64,000 bases of DNA, from the NCBI GenBank assembly GCA_964252035.1, contig OZ176200.1; one strand, 5' to 3'. Position 1 is the first letter of the stretch. Each line of letters begins with the position of its first letter. Below the pieces are notes generated by a model that saw nothing but the letters and a program-made list of their open reading frames with translations, did no database searches and was not told where the DNA came from. The translations under genes and the position numbers were made by a program. Source of the stretch: Podarcis erhardii. Lineage: Eukaryota. This document shows, one piece after another, positions 14,221 through 27,300 of this stretch.

Positions 14221-14243
14221 CACACACACACACACACACACAC
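14221..14243. repeat. (CA)n microsatellite
   Basis: Direct reading of the sequence. Confidence 0.95.
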
Positions 14244-15502
14244 TTACAGACATTGGCAGTTTTCCTGATAATATTCTTAATTCGCTTGTGGTAGAATCTA
14301 CTATGTATTGGAATGCCTCCCAGGTGCGTTGATATTAATAGTTTCCTACTTGCAAACAGAGCAGAAAAGACTGCCGTAAGTCCAAGCCAGTAGCAAGAAC
14401 AGTGTATAAAATGCCTTACATCATTTGTTCTATATTTCCTTACACATCCCAGTGAGGTATATCATGCTGAGAAATGGTGTGTTGCCAATTGCCCCTCAAA
14501 TAGGTTACATAGATAGGCACAGACTTGCAGCTGGGCTTCCCAGGGCCCCCATCTTGTCCACTCTTGCCTGTTGTTCCAAGAACAGACACAAGATAGAACA
14601 GTTATTGTTGTTTCCTGATGTTGTGCTTTGAATAGCCATTTGAGGCAGACAGAAATTCATAAGGTGGAGCTGTGTTCTTGCATGCCATCAAGCAGCAGTG
14701 AAAGGCAAAGAGACTATGTGGGTCCATTTGTAGGATCTGCCCCAGAGACTATAGATATGGTGTAGGGTGGCCAGATGCCAAAGAGGGCAGGGCTTTTGCC
14801 CCTTTAATAGTGGTGTCTGGGCTAAGTGGCATCAGTTTACTCTGTCAGTCCCAGCTCTCTCCTGCCTTCGCCCACCCATTAGGAAGACGGGATTTCCCAG
14901 GCTGGAGGCAGTCACCTCTTCCCTGGTTGGAACATGCCTGCCTGACAGTCGGGGCGGTACAAGCATACTCCACCACTGCTCCAGGCCTCTGTACACATAA
15001 CAGGCAGGGGGCCATAATCCTGTACCCTCCAGATCTTAGAGGGAGGGACCAGCATGTGATGGGCGAGCTGCATTCAAGCAGCAAGTAGGCTTCTCTGCCT
15101 AGCAACCTATCCAAACTTGGATAAAGAACATTCCCTCTCTCCACAGCACCTCCCACCACCTTTGCACATGGGCTTTTCCTTGGGTAGAAGCAACCTCACA
15201 CAAGGGCACTTCTGCCCAGGAAGCCAGCAAAAGGACATCCTTCACGAGTCTTTTCACCCACGCATCTTGAGCCAGGATGAATCCAGCATTAAGTCATCCC
15301 AGGCTAAGGCTTGTTCCACTTATTTAAAATGATCTTATGCAGGGAATCACACCTTGGGTGCTTCTTTCCAAGTTGCCCATCTTTATTCCTAGAGGAACTC
15401 ATGAGTGTTGGCTTAGCCCCCTGCCCTTTACACCAAAGCCACTGCTGACCCTCCCTCCCAGTTGCTTTATTTTCAGGCATTCTCCTCCCAATATACTTGG
15501 AC

Positions 15503-15982
15503 CAGCGATGGGGTACCTTTGGCCTGCCACATGTTGCTGAACTACAACTCCTGTCAGCCCAGCATGTGTGATCCATAGCCAAGGATGATGGCAGTTGTAG
15601 TTCGGCAGCAGCTGGAGGGCCAAAGTTACCGCACACCTGACCTAGGCCTTCCAAGCATACATGCAAGGTCAAACAGAGAGGTAACTTAACCTTCAGGGCC
15701 TCATTACATGCCAATCAAGTGGAAGCTTATGTTGTACAATATATCTAATTCTCTATTAGCCCCAAGGTCTTCTGCATCCCAGTGCCAAACCAGTCATCTT
15801 AGCTGGATCCAAACATAATATGAGATAGATGCTACGGCCAGACCCTCTAGCTCAGGGGCAGGGAATCTCTGGCCCTTCAGATGTTACTGAACTCCTGGCA
15901 GCCCCAGTCACCATGGCCAATGGTCAAGGATGATGGACGTTGTAATTCAGCAGCAGCTGGAGAACCAGTTTCCCCCATCCCT
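15503..15982. mobile_element. Two adjacent palindromic hAT-derived MITEs (15503-15639 and 15853-15982)
   Basis: Each has cag..ggg.a.ct...cagatgtt.ctgaact..aactcc...gttgta.ttcagcagcagctgga fold-back structure. Confidence 0.65.
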
Positions 15983-17611
15983 TCTCTAGTTGGTGATTCC
16001 ACTCCCACCCCCCATACCTGGTGAATCTCAGCTTCAGGACGTTTTTTTCTAGTAGCGAGAACACATTTGAACATTCAGTATAGGTACTAGGCAGGTGGGC
16101 AAAAGCATTCTCCCTCAAGATTCTGGAGATGGTTGGCCATACAATGAGTAGGCAGCTCTTCCCTGTACTGGAGAGAGATCATTTATGCTGGTTATCCTGA
16201 TGAGTTTGCAGCAGTCTGTCTTTCTCCCTGTTTTAGCTTTAAACCTCTTGTGAGTATATTCAGATATTTCAATGTTCTCCTCTTCTGTATCAAACCTTTC
16301 TTCTTTCTCTCTGCATTGCTGCTTAGACCCTTCTATCTACAGTTTCCAGCCCTTTAATCAGTCCTAAACTTGCACTCTCTGTTCCCTGCATGGATCCCAT
16401 TGGCAAACAACTCATTTTCTCTGTTTTTACTCTGAAGAGTCTTGATTGACCCTGCTCCTTCCCCTTTTTCTTTTTCTTTCCTCCCTAATGTGTCTCGTTT
16501 TGATCTTCAGATGATAAACTTGGGCAGGGCCCACTTTAATAACAATAATCATTTCAGTCCAGAGTCCCAGATGGAGCTTCAGATCAAGTAAAACTCAGAA
16601 TAAACACAGTTGCAATAGTTAGAGCTTGGGAAACCAAATCAGGATGTTGAAAGTTACATTTCTTCTCGCAGAACCAGAAATTTGGAATCCAAAACAAAAC
16701 TCAAATGTCTCTTCTGCGGCCTTTGTCTATGCAGTTGCTCAATACTTGGAAGTAGTATACACACACACCTTTCCATTTGAGAGGGAGGGGTGATTACACA
16801 TTGTGCTGTTCATATTTGCAGCTTCAATTTTTTAAAAATGCATTTTAGCTTTAGTTTTTTCCTGCAGAAATCACGAAAGGTAGCTTTTACACTTCTTGCC
16901 TTTATAGTTACAGAAAGGAACTTGTGCCCTGTGTACTTCGCAGCAAGACTCCAAAATAAAGTGTGTTGGGGGAGGGGGAGATAAGTACCTTTTTTTAAAG
17001 CCAGCTTTTTTCTCTTTCTTTTTAAATGAAAAGGTCCTGTGATATGAACGTTGTCTAAATCTGAGTTACTGATGCATAATTTTAGAGCATCAGCTTCATC
17101 TTTCATTCTCACTCTGCAAACAGCCCTACCCTCTTGCAGCCGTGTAATCCCTGACCGCACGTCGCTGCATGTAACCAGGTACAACAGCTGCACCCATACA
17201 GGGCTGAACAAACTATCCTCATCCCACCTCTTAATGAACACCATAGCAACTGGGAACAGTTTGGATCTATTTATATGGAATCCTGGGAAGGGCAAATGCC
17301 GCTCACACCTACATCCCACATGCGGAAGGACCTCTCCTCCCTCCGTTATAGGTGACAATGATTAATCACATTATTGAAATTCAGATGTACCAGGCTGAGT
17401 TCAAGCTGTTACAGCCCTTAACAACTTGGGACTAATTTTCCTAAGCCTTTCCCTCTATGTGCCTACTGGATCACTTTGATCTGTGTTACTTGCACTTTTT
17501 ACAAGTGCCGTAGAATGTTAATTCTGCACTTTGGTGTGGCATCTGTGTCAGTGTGACTCTGGAACTCTCTGCCTGTTGACGTTAGGCAGGTGCCTCTACT
17601 ATACTGCTTAA

Positions 17612-17913
17612 GGGCTTATCCACACTTACATTTTCCTTGCTCTTTCCAGGCAGAGGCACTCTGTGTCCGAGTAGTTTTTTGTTTTTGTTTTGCCCTGAGC
17701 TTTCCCCATGAAACCCCACTGTTTAAAGTTGAACCAGTGCAAACATTAATTCGGGTTTTCCACAAATTGATGTTTGCTCCAATTTTGCTTTAAAGAGTAG
17801 GTTTTCACAGGGAAAGCTCCAGAAGGGACAGGGGAGAGGGCACTTGGACATGGAGCTTTAAATCACAGAGTGTGATTGGAAAGAGCAAAGGAAAAGGAAG
17901 TGCGGATAAACGC
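17612..17913. mobile_element. Second copy of the Harbinger-like MITE
   Basis: Begins gggcttatccacacttac; internal blocks (ggttttca..gggaaagctccagaaggg, cttggacatg) are shared with 6110-6363; same orientation. Confidence 0.7.
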
Positions 17914-17969
17914 TTTGATACCTGTCTGAAAAAAAATGTTTTGGCAAGCCCATCCAGACACATGATTTA

Positions 17970-18191
17970 GAGCTAATCCATACTTCCTCTTGTTCTGCTG
18001 TTTTCCCCTAGGGAAAACCACTCTTTAGTGCTCAGTTGGAGCAAATGGAAATTTGGGTTTCCCCCAGATTGCCGTTTGTTGCATTCTATTGCTAAAGAGT
18101 GGGTTTTTCCTTGGAAAGGAGTGGGTCAAGTGGAAAACTGCTGGGATCTGTGCTTTCTAGGGACGGCACAAGCGGAAGTGTGGACAAGCCT
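17970..18191. mobile_element. Related fold-back MITE
   Basis: Termini gagctaatccatacttcc / ggaagtgtggacaagcc; internal inverted block ggaaaaccactctttag / ctaaagagtgggtttttcc. Confidence 0.5.
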
Positions 18192-18635
18192 GTAGTTACA
18201 TTTGTGTTAAAGAGTTATTGATGCTAACACTGTTTGTAATGATGCTTTTGTTTATATTTGTTTTTAGTTTGCATGTTAGCCATGTTTTATATACAATTTT
18301 AGTCCTGTTCTTTCCACCTGGAAAGTTGGGCTGTTGCTGTATTCAAGAATTGTGCTATCCGGCTTCATGAAAGTAGCAGTTTGAGCTCTGGTGGCTCTCC
18401 TTGGCCCAGCAAGATGAAGCAAGCCACTGGAGAACCCTTTGTGTGGCCACTTGTTTCAACTGGGCAAAACTGCATAGAGAGCCCTTTGCCCCAGCAGCAT
18501 ACACTGGTTCCAAGGGATGGCAAAGCCAAGCTGCCCATTGGGAACAAGGTGTGCTAGAGGGGAATACAAAACTGCAGTGCAAGGCAAAGCTTTAGCTGAA
18601 TTCTGCTAACCACTGTCTGCTTGTGCCCCTGGCAG

Positions 18636-19103
18636 GTGGTGATGGAGAACATGCGGAGGAAATGCAAGTGCCACGGCACCTCGGGGAGCTGCCAACTGAA
18701 GACGTGCTGGCAGGTGACTCCTGAGTTCCGCCTGGTAGGCTCCCTGCTCAAGGAGCGCTTCTATGGGGCCATGCTGATCCGGCCCCACAACAGGAACACA
18801 GGGCAGATGGAGCTGAGCCACGCCCGCCAGAGGCGCCGGGCCGGCATCAGCGACCTGATCTACTTTGAGAAGTCACCGGACTTCTGTGAGCGGGAGCCGG
18901 CACTGGACTCCATGGGGACGCAAGGGCGCTTATGCAACAAGACCAGCCCGGGCATGGACAACTGCGAGAGCCTGTGCTGCGGGCGGGGCCACAACATCCT
19001 GCGGCAGACACGCAGCGAGCGATGCAACTGCAAGTTCCATTGGTGCTGCTTCGTGGCCTGCGAGGAGTGCCGGCTCACGGAGTGGGTCAGCGTCTGCAAA
19101 TGA
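18636..19103 (+). CDS. WNT10A: Wnt-10a, terminal coding exon
   Basis: [26 protein letters not shown]...[12 protein letters not shown]...[39 protein letters not shown]. Contains the lipidated-Ser motif [10 protein letters not shown]. Acceptor cctggcag|GTG at 18635/18636 joins in phase 0 to the exon above; TGA at 19101-19103. Confidence 0.97.
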   Translation: MVMENMRRKCKCHGTSGSCQLKTCWQVTPEFRLVGSLLKERFYGAMLIRPHNRNTGQMELSHARQRRRAGISDLIYFEKSPDFCEREPALDSMGTQGRLCNKTSPGMDNCESLCCGRGHNILRQTRSERCNCKFHWCCFVACEECRLTEWVSVCK

Positions 19104-19569
19104 AGACCGTGGCCCCTGCTGGACGCTCCAGAGACTCTGCGGTTTCTACTGGGCACAGTGGAGCCCTGCAAAAAGCAGGAGGCACGGCTTGGGCAGCCTG
19201 GCACGTTTGTGTTTCACATCATCTCCCTGGCACTTCCTCTCCTCCTTTCTGACATGTGCATGAGCACTCAAGGGGTTCGGTTGTACATGGGCGTTAGTCG
19301 CGAGCCTGGCACCTCTGAAGCACAAAGAGCTGCACGCCAGTGGGCTTAGCTGGAATCCCAGACATTAACTCCAGCTGCTTCTGGCCACTGGCATCTCCAG
19401 CTGTGGTTCGAAGGCCCAGGAGACACCTACATAGGTTCCTTCTGCAGAACCTCACTCAGTCCTCCCCCCGTGATGTATCTTACAAATCCCGCACTGGGAT
19501 CATTCAGGTGGTAGGCAGCCCTTACAGAACAAAATACCTGTTTTTTCTTTTTTAAAATCCTGGGTTGAA

Positions 19570-19714
19570 ATCATAGAATTGTAGAGTTGGAAGGGACCAC
19601 GAGGGTCATCTAGTCTAACACCCTGCAATGCAGGAATCTTTCACCCAACATGGGGCTCAAACCCACGACACTGAGATTAAGAGCTTTGTGCTCTACCGAC
19701 TGAGCTGTACCAGC
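19570..19714 (-). mobile_element. tRNA-Lys(CTT)-derived SINE with CR1-type 3' tail, antisense in the WNT10A 3' UTR
   Basis: Minus strand 19706-19642 matches the remembered vertebrate tRNA-Lys-CTT body at about 57/65 nt, with a broken anticodon stem and T-loop TTC>TTT. It is followed by ...ggtcccttccaactctacaattctatga, a CR1 3' end. Confidence 0.8.
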
Positions 19715-19825
19715 TGCCACATTTCACGTTGGACCAATTCAAGACCTGTTTTGGGCCGTTAGTATCTTTGTTATTCAGGAGAGAGAGAGAGAGAGAGAAA
19801 AATTAAAAATGCTGAGTTTGTTTAA

Positions 19826-19960
19826 AATAAATGTTTCTAGCAAGAGATTGAAGGGTGGGGGCACAGAGACCTCTGACTCCAGTGTCCCATACAGGCACTG
19901 TAGGCATGTAGTATGATGGTAACTGTGGTTGGTAAATTATTTTATTATTGTGAGAATAAA
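19826..19960 (+). terminator. Candidate WNT10A polyadenylation signals (AATAAA at 19826-19831 and 19955-19960)
   Basis: Two AATAAA hexamers 0.7-0.85 kb after the stop codon. The second is followed by a GT-rich element (gatggtgtgtgtctg). Confidence 0.6.
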
Positions 19961-21944
19961 AGTGAATCAGAGATGGTGTGTGTCTGAGGGTGTAATGATG
20001 GAGACATGAGATTTGTTGTTGGGTAAAGCCTAGGGATGTCTACTTGCTTTGCGTGGCATCTCACGATAGCTCACACGTGGGTGCTTTGGTTTATGCCAGA
20101 TCTGCAAAATGGAACTGCAGGAAAAAGAGCACATGGGGGCCCCCTGGAAAGAAACATGCCAGTCTCTCCATCCAAAGCTCAGCAGTTGAGCTCCATGGCA
20201 CTCATTCTGATGGGTGATCCATCAGGCAGCCGTCACACTGGGAATGTTGTATTTATGGTCTCAACATGCATGGGCTGCTGAGATTATTTGTGGGGGGCGT
20301 TTGCCACGATACTTTCAAATTCTGAGGACTGCTGCTGCAGCCAGAAAATGTTTGCTGGATCAAGGCTGCAGTGGTGTCTCTAATCCTGTCCAAGAATCTG
20401 CTGTACTTAGGAAAGGGGAACAGGGGTGGCACTGGGGAGGACCTCAACATTTCCTAATTTGGAAAAGCACAAGAGGAGCAGAATGATCATTTAGTAAGGG
20501 AAAGGCTTCCCGCGTGTCAATGGGGCAGTAGCAAGGCTCTGGAAAGAGTCCCAAGTTACATCGTTCCAAGACAGAAATGACTTGAGACTGGGTGCTCTTG
20601 CTTGCTGGCTACAAATGCCCAATGACCCTTTTAGGTGGGCAGCCTGGGGTCCCAACGTATGGGCAGAATGTGCAAAGAATTCAGGGCCTGTGCTTGTGTG
20701 GTGATGATTCTGGTGAGAAGCAAGCTGTTGCATCCTAAACAGCCCTTGTTGCCCGCTTTGCCCTGCATGGGCTGGGTAACGATGAGTCACCCTATTGGTA
20801 TCTGGTGCTGTCTGATAAATCCCCACCCTGCCTATAATGTTGGCCCTGAGGCTCTGCAAAAGGAACACCAGACGGGAAGGGAAGGGAAGAGTGGGCAGGG
20901 TGCACCAGTCTAGTGTGCCAGGGGCACGGTGCACAGGCCTCGCCAGGGAGGAGCTCCCTGCAACCTTGTTTCATAAGGCTCCAAAGCGCTACAGGTTGGT
21001 TGGTGGTGGGTGGTATCTTGGTTTCACATTCTGGAGCTGTCAGCTTTTATTTATTTATTTAATTTGCACTCAGCCAAAGGTTGTGGGAGGAACCTCAGCA
21101 CCTGGAAGGCCTTTCTATCTATGGAGGGGGCACACGAGATTCTCTAGGGCCTCTAGATGGATGAACTGGGGAGGGCAGAGACGTCTACCACAATGCTCAC
21201 TACAATATTGGCACCTCTGGAAGCTTACCTTGCCAGCCCCTCCTTCCACAAGCTCTCAGTGTGCTCAAGGTGTGCTCAGGCTGCAAGGGGAACTTGGGAG
21301 CAGAGTGCCTGTTAAATTTTGTTTGTTTTACTTATCAGATTTTCCACCGAAATCCTAATCTAATAGCAAGAAAATATGGGGTGGCACTTTGATGAGGCTG
21401 CTGTCATGTAGATGTGGATGCTGCACAGAGGCCACAAAATAATGTTGTGTGGAAGTGCCCAGAGCTTCTGTCAAGAAAAAAGAAGTTATCCTCAGGAATA
21501 GTTTTGCCTTCAGCTGGGTCTTATTGCTGTTCTGACCAGAAGAAACATATGTGCATGTACATGTACACACAGAGACAAACTGCATGTTTGCTTCAGCTCT
21601 TATAAATGTCCCTATTTTCCAGAGAAAGTCTGGGATTTACAGAAACCGTCCCAGTTTCTGATTTGACCCCAGAATGTCCCACTTTTCCTTAGGACGTCCC
21701 CATTTTCATTGGAGAAATGTTGGAGGGTATGCTGAAGCAAACATGCAGTTTGCCTTCTTCAGAAGGGCTGATCTAGCCCAGTTGGCCAGAGTTGCCTCAT
21801 GGTAAGGTCTAAGCTCAGTGCCCTCACACACTTCATCCTGCCTGCCCCAATCCTTAAATGCTCTGGCCTCTTCCTAAACCCATATGGGATCCCTCTGTTC
21901 GCATCAGCATTCTCCACAACCACTTTGCAGGCTGGGGAAAGGAG

Positions 21945-21946
<2 letters not shown>

Positions 21947-21987
<41 letters not shown>

Positions 21988-21990
21988 TGC
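21947..21990. repeat. (GT)n(GC)n alternating purine-pyrimidine tract
   Basis: 44-bp uninterrupted RY alternation. Confidence 0.95.
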
Positions 21991-24341
21991 TGCTGGGGAA
22001 AGCAGGGGGGAGAATTATCTTCACACATCAATCACACCTCAGCCCTTTGAACTCAGCATCCGTTGGCAAGCTCAAAGCAAGGGGGTTTGGCTGGGAGCCT
22101 GTGATCTCGCTTGGCCACCGCTGATGATAATGCACGTTCCCAAAGCAGCCCTGCCCCTAGCTCAAGCTACTAATCCCGCAGCGCTCACCCCCTGCAACAG
22201 CTGCACAGTGCTCACCTGTCCAGCAAGGAACATACACCAGAGGGTGCTTGATATAGCTTGTGAGGAAGGACAGCAGCAGGCATTCTACTAATCCCTCCCG
22301 CCAACACATGCACAGACATACATCACGAGAAGAGCCTTGCTGGATCAGACCAAAGGCTCATCTGATGAAACATCAGAACCCCAACTTAAATCAAAATAAA
22401 TGCTGCAAAATGGATCAAATCTCCCATCTGATCTCACCATATTCCACAAAACATTGGGTGAACTGCCTGCCTTTTTTTCCCCTTTTGAACAATTTAATTT
22501 TAAAGACTAGAACATGACACATATCTTACATAAGGGCCAGTAAACTAAGTTCTTGCATCCTAGCTTGTCACACAAGCTCTCTAGCTGGTGGAGGTAGAGC
22601 CACCCGCTGTAACTGTGACAGCGGGCAGTGGGAGCTGGCTGTGGGTAGACTGCAATGGCCCTTTTGTCCCAATGGACCAATCTCCAATGCAGTCTTTTGA
22701 TGTGTCTGAGGCTGTTAGTCAGAAAAGTCATCAGTAAAATTGCTGGGCTGTAAACTGGAGAGGTTTATTTTACCTTTAGCAGTACAGTGGAAAGGCCTGT
22801 GCCTTCTCCTTTCTCTTCCTCCTCTGTGTGCCAAAGCCAGTAGCATTCTAGTTTTGTCAGTGGGAAGAAGGTGAGGGACAGAACCCAGGAAAGTAAAAGT
22901 GGCACCTCCAGGTTGCAAACTGGCAACCTTGCAGCAAAACCATTAACAAAGCTTCTTTCTGATCACGTTTAAAAAGAGCTCTGCATTCCAATGAAGCCAT
23001 TTCCCATTTGATGCTGTTTACCAATAAGCCCAGGTTTGAACAAACACCCACCTAGGGAAGCGAGTGGCCACATGCCGTGGGAGCAGAACAGACAGCAAGC
23101 AAAATCCAAACGTCTCTGCTTCTTTGGGAAGGGCACATGAGAGGTTTTAGCACAGTGTTAGGCTATGTTACATCAAGCACACTGGAGTAACTGCATGACA
23201 TAGAAGGGTCTTGCATGCAATGCTGCGGTCTCCCTGACATCACCTTTGCTAGGATGTGGGAGGAGGCACAACTTAGTTGGACTGGTAACAGTGGGGAGAC
23301 ACTAGGCATGCATCTGGTTGCATCCGACAGCACCAAATTGGTGGCACACAAACATGCACATGAGTAAACGCTATCCTTTGTTACAGTGGGTGAGAGGAAA
23401 TCTCTTGCATATGGGCAGACCAAGTTCTAGCTGATAATGCAAGAGCCCGGGGTGAATTTTGACGGGTGCAGCTTCTCTCAGTCTAGTGCTTCAGCAGTGG
23501 GACAAGCCACACTTTGCTGAAACTCCTTTCTACGGGATCCTCAAAGGAGAATGGCCTTTTTTGTGGAATCTTTCAGCCTAGATACTTCAACCTCTTGCTG
23601 AAAGTGAATGCTTTGTGGCAAGAAAACTGTTGCCCAGCAGGAGGAAAGAAAAGTACTCTGTACATGCTCACATGTTCAGATGCATTTTTGTTAACTATTC
23701 CTTCATGTGTTCAAGGCCTTGTTCCTGCTACTGAAAATGGGTTCTAGTGTTGAGCCCTGGTAGAAATTCAGTCCTTATATATTTATTTATTTGCATTACA
23801 TGTATATCTCACCTTTCATCCAAGGAGCTCATGCTGGTTTACATGGTTAACTTCCTCCCCTCTCTTTTATGCTCGCAACAACCCTACATGGTTGGTTAGG
23901 TTGAGAGATGATGACTGACCCAGTGTGTGTCGTGGCTGCCTGTGGATTTGAATACGGATGTCCCTAGAGCTAGTATGGCATTCTAACTCAGGGGTTGCCA
24001 CATGTGCACACAGAGGTACCACATGTGCCCTCCTTTCCTGGTGCCCACAGGCTCCTCTCCCCTTGCTGAAATTAGGCATCAGATAAGCCTTCTGATGTAG
24101 CCAATAGAATAGATTGCAATGTGTATGTGGTATCCACAATAATTTATCCAATTTGCAAATGTGCCCACAGGCCCAAAAAGGCTGGTGACCCCTGCTCTAA
24201 CCACTATACCCAGGCTTTGCCAAGCCCTGAGTCTAGGGATATAAGAAGGTGGGCAGTTTGTGTTCAACTTGTATTTCTTACAATCAGCAATGTTTCTATT
24301 ATGCTGCAGTTTGGTTTCTGCCAAATACAAAGTCTGCAAAT

Positions 24342-24386
24342 TTAATGTAAGTTATATAACTTACCTATTTATGTAACTTACGTAAT
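24342..24386. promoter_or_regulatory. Cluster of PAR-bZIP/NFIL3 D-box-like sites
   Basis: TTATGTAA at 24369-24376, TTACGTAA at 24378-24385, and palindromic GTTATATAAC at 24351-24360. Confidence 0.45.
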
Positions 24387-27300
24387 TCATTTCGATATAA
24401 ACGAAGCATCAAAACAGTGTAAAAATGTCATTCATTACACATCATATGTGGACCTAAAAACAACAGTGATGTGAAGGAAGACCAATCAGATTCATTTTAG
24501 TGATTTCCATTTCTGAGCACAGACAAACACACTAACTGCAGCAATTTCCATTTCATTTTCCATTTTTGTTGGACTTCTTTGACAGCCCGACCTTGTCAGA
24601 AAAAAGATGGCAAACCTATTCCATAAGCACCAGGCTAAGACCAACCTGAGAAGAACAGAGAGCTGGTGGCGAGGCTGTCCCACTGCTGTGCTTACAGACC
24701 CAGAAAACTAGACAATGGGTGAGCCTGAAATGTCATTATATATCAGCTCTTGCCTGTCACAAGCCTCACTGGGGAATCTTGGCACATTAATTGATGCGTG
24801 CACGTTCTTGTGGACTTCCAAGTTGCAAAGCAGAAGTTACAGGCTAATAATCTTATGAGGGGGTGTCTGTGTGCTACAGAAATTGCAAGTATAATCAATT
24901 AGTCCATTCTTTCCCCCAGACATCTTTATGAGTTTTAAAACTTAGCCCAAACTCCGGTTGGCCTAATTTTTCTGAACTCCAAATTCCTTTCAGTTTCTGG
25001 AAAGTTCTAGCACTGATCAGCAAATATTTTTATATTACACTGGGATTTTCCCTTGCTGGAGATCACTGCATCTCCTGGAGGAAGGTAGTGAGCAATTGTA
25101 AGAGCTCTCCCTCCCTCTCTCTCTCTGAGTAAGGCTTTTGGTATTTATTCCCTGCTCAGAACACCCATCAGAGGAGAGGTATTCCCCCAGGGGCACTAGC
25201 GATGCACAGGGAACGCCCAGCTGCAGACATATTCCATTCTTGCTTGAAAAGGAATCTGAAACAAGGTGGGGGAGCAATCACAGCAGCACCCCAACCAACT
25301 CTGCTCCTGGTGTCGGAGGTGACAGGCAAAGCTAGCGCTAAGGAAGAAGGTCCCCCAGTTCTTCCAGAAGGCCAGTGACACCCTTTCTCTTCTCTTGCTC
25401 AGGTGAAGAAAATAGTGTTTCCAAAAGAAGGGCTATAAATCAGTAGCTCAAAGAAAGACCTTCCATTATTGTTTCACAAGGCCCAATACATTTTGCTGTC
25501 TGAGTTATAGCAGCAAATAGCACCCCAGCCCCAAGTCAAGGTGCATAGTAGCTCTGGGATTATTGTGTTATTTTGGCACTTAAGGCAGAAAATCCCAGAA
25601 ACGTCTCTCCCTGGCAATAAAAGCACAATACTGTAACAATAAATGAAAACCTAGGAATTCACTGCTCTTTCAATGACATTCAAAATCACAAGGTTGCCTT
25701 GCTCTGCCTAATGTTTAAGGGCTGACCCTGCACAAACTTTTGATGTTCTGGGTCCTTGGATCACCCAGCCCCAACTTGTGGTTCCCCACTTCTACTTCCT
25801 AATATCTTCATTCAAAGTATATAACTATTTTCCAGCCTCACCTTCTATTTCTTACCCTGCTAACCTGATCTCAGTCTTTGACTCCACTTTCCCCTTTGAA
25901 GACCCTAAAGCTGCAAAGTGCAAGGTAAAGTTGGCGTGCCTGTCATACCAAAAGTGGACAGGGTAGAGAGAAAGTGGGTGGGAAGGGTCTTTCTCTCACA
26001 TAATTCGTGGAATGGCTTTGCACTTGGAGAACAGCTGGGCGTGAATAAAAATCCATGCCTGTGATTCTCCCCAGAGCCCCCTAAAATCCCACCCTATATG
26101 GGGATTTTTAAAATTGCTCGGCATAGAGAGTAGACCAGCTGTGCTTTGTATCATAGCAAGGTCCTTAATTTAGCTGTTTACGGCATACTCAGCATAATGA
26201 TTAAATCTGCTCTTGGTAACAAAGGAGGTTCTAACATGGCTGGAGAGCTACTCTGGAAAACAAAAAATATAAAGGGGACAGTGAGAAGTTTTGGAAGAAG
26301 AAGCTGAAAGTGAGAGGAACATCCCAAGCAGAATTCCACATCTTTGCAGGATGCACATTTTACTCATAATTTTAATCACATTACCCTAGGGTTTTTTTAA
26401 TGCAAAGGTGTCCAACTGGTGATTTGCGATTTATGATTGCAAGTGAAATTGATTTAGTTCTTTTTATTTATTGCATTTATATTCCAACTTTCCCTCCAGG
26501 GAGCTCAGGGTGGTTGTGTACATGGTTCCTTCCTCCCCATTTTCTCCTCACAACAACCCTGTGAGGTAAGTTAGACTGAGAGATAGTGACTGGCCCAAGG
26601 TGAAAATGCCTTTTACTTTAGGTGTTCTTATAACTTTCTCCTAAGAGTCATTCTTATGGCAAATGAATGCATTTACCGCCTTTAACCTCCAAAATCAGAT
26701 ACCCCCACCCCACCCCCTCTCTTTTACAGTGGAAAGCAGTCTTCAACATGCTTATAGCTACTAATAATTTTGCTTAAATCTGGTTATTTTTGAACAAGGC
26801 ACTTATACTCATTTTTAATTACAAAAATCTGATTTAAATTAAAATTAGACTTAAAATAAAAATGCATTTGTCTCTACTCAGCTCCTTACCCAGCTCCTTG
26901 CCTGTATAACCTAGGAGTAACGATTTCTGAAGAAGGAATCATGAGATTGCTGGTGCTGAGCAGGAGATACCTATATGGATGGATTCATGCCCAGTGCCAT
27001 TAACTCCCTCAGCTGTGCAATCAGGCTGAAGTTCTGATGCTGCAAAGCAGCTCCCGCAGCTGGTTTGAATCAGGCCTTGCCTATCCAAGTTCGGCCTAGA
27101 AGTCTTTGGGCCTGACTGGGCAGCAAAGCCACTGTGTCTGTAGTTGCCATGGAAACTAGGGCTGAGGAGGGGCAGCAGTGTGTGTCAAAAACTACCGCCT
27201 CTGCCTGCTCTGGCTGATCCGCTTGGAGGAGATCAATGGGCTGGGTGGGGCCTCACCCTCTAATCCACCCTCTCATGTGGGTGCCTGCAGCTGCCCGCGG

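Noticed and set aside
16810-17358. 182-aa antisense ORF in the WNT10A intron
   Set aside because: No recognisable domain; includes low-complexity A/T tracts.
19642-19714. Functional tRNA-Lys gene
   Set aside because: Anticodon stem and acceptor stem are disrupted, the T-loop is mutated, and it is fused to a CR1 tail, so it is a SINE head.
22353-22372. CTGATGA hammerhead-like core
   Set aside because: No stem II followed by GAAA; it is a small hairpin inside a LINE tail fragment.
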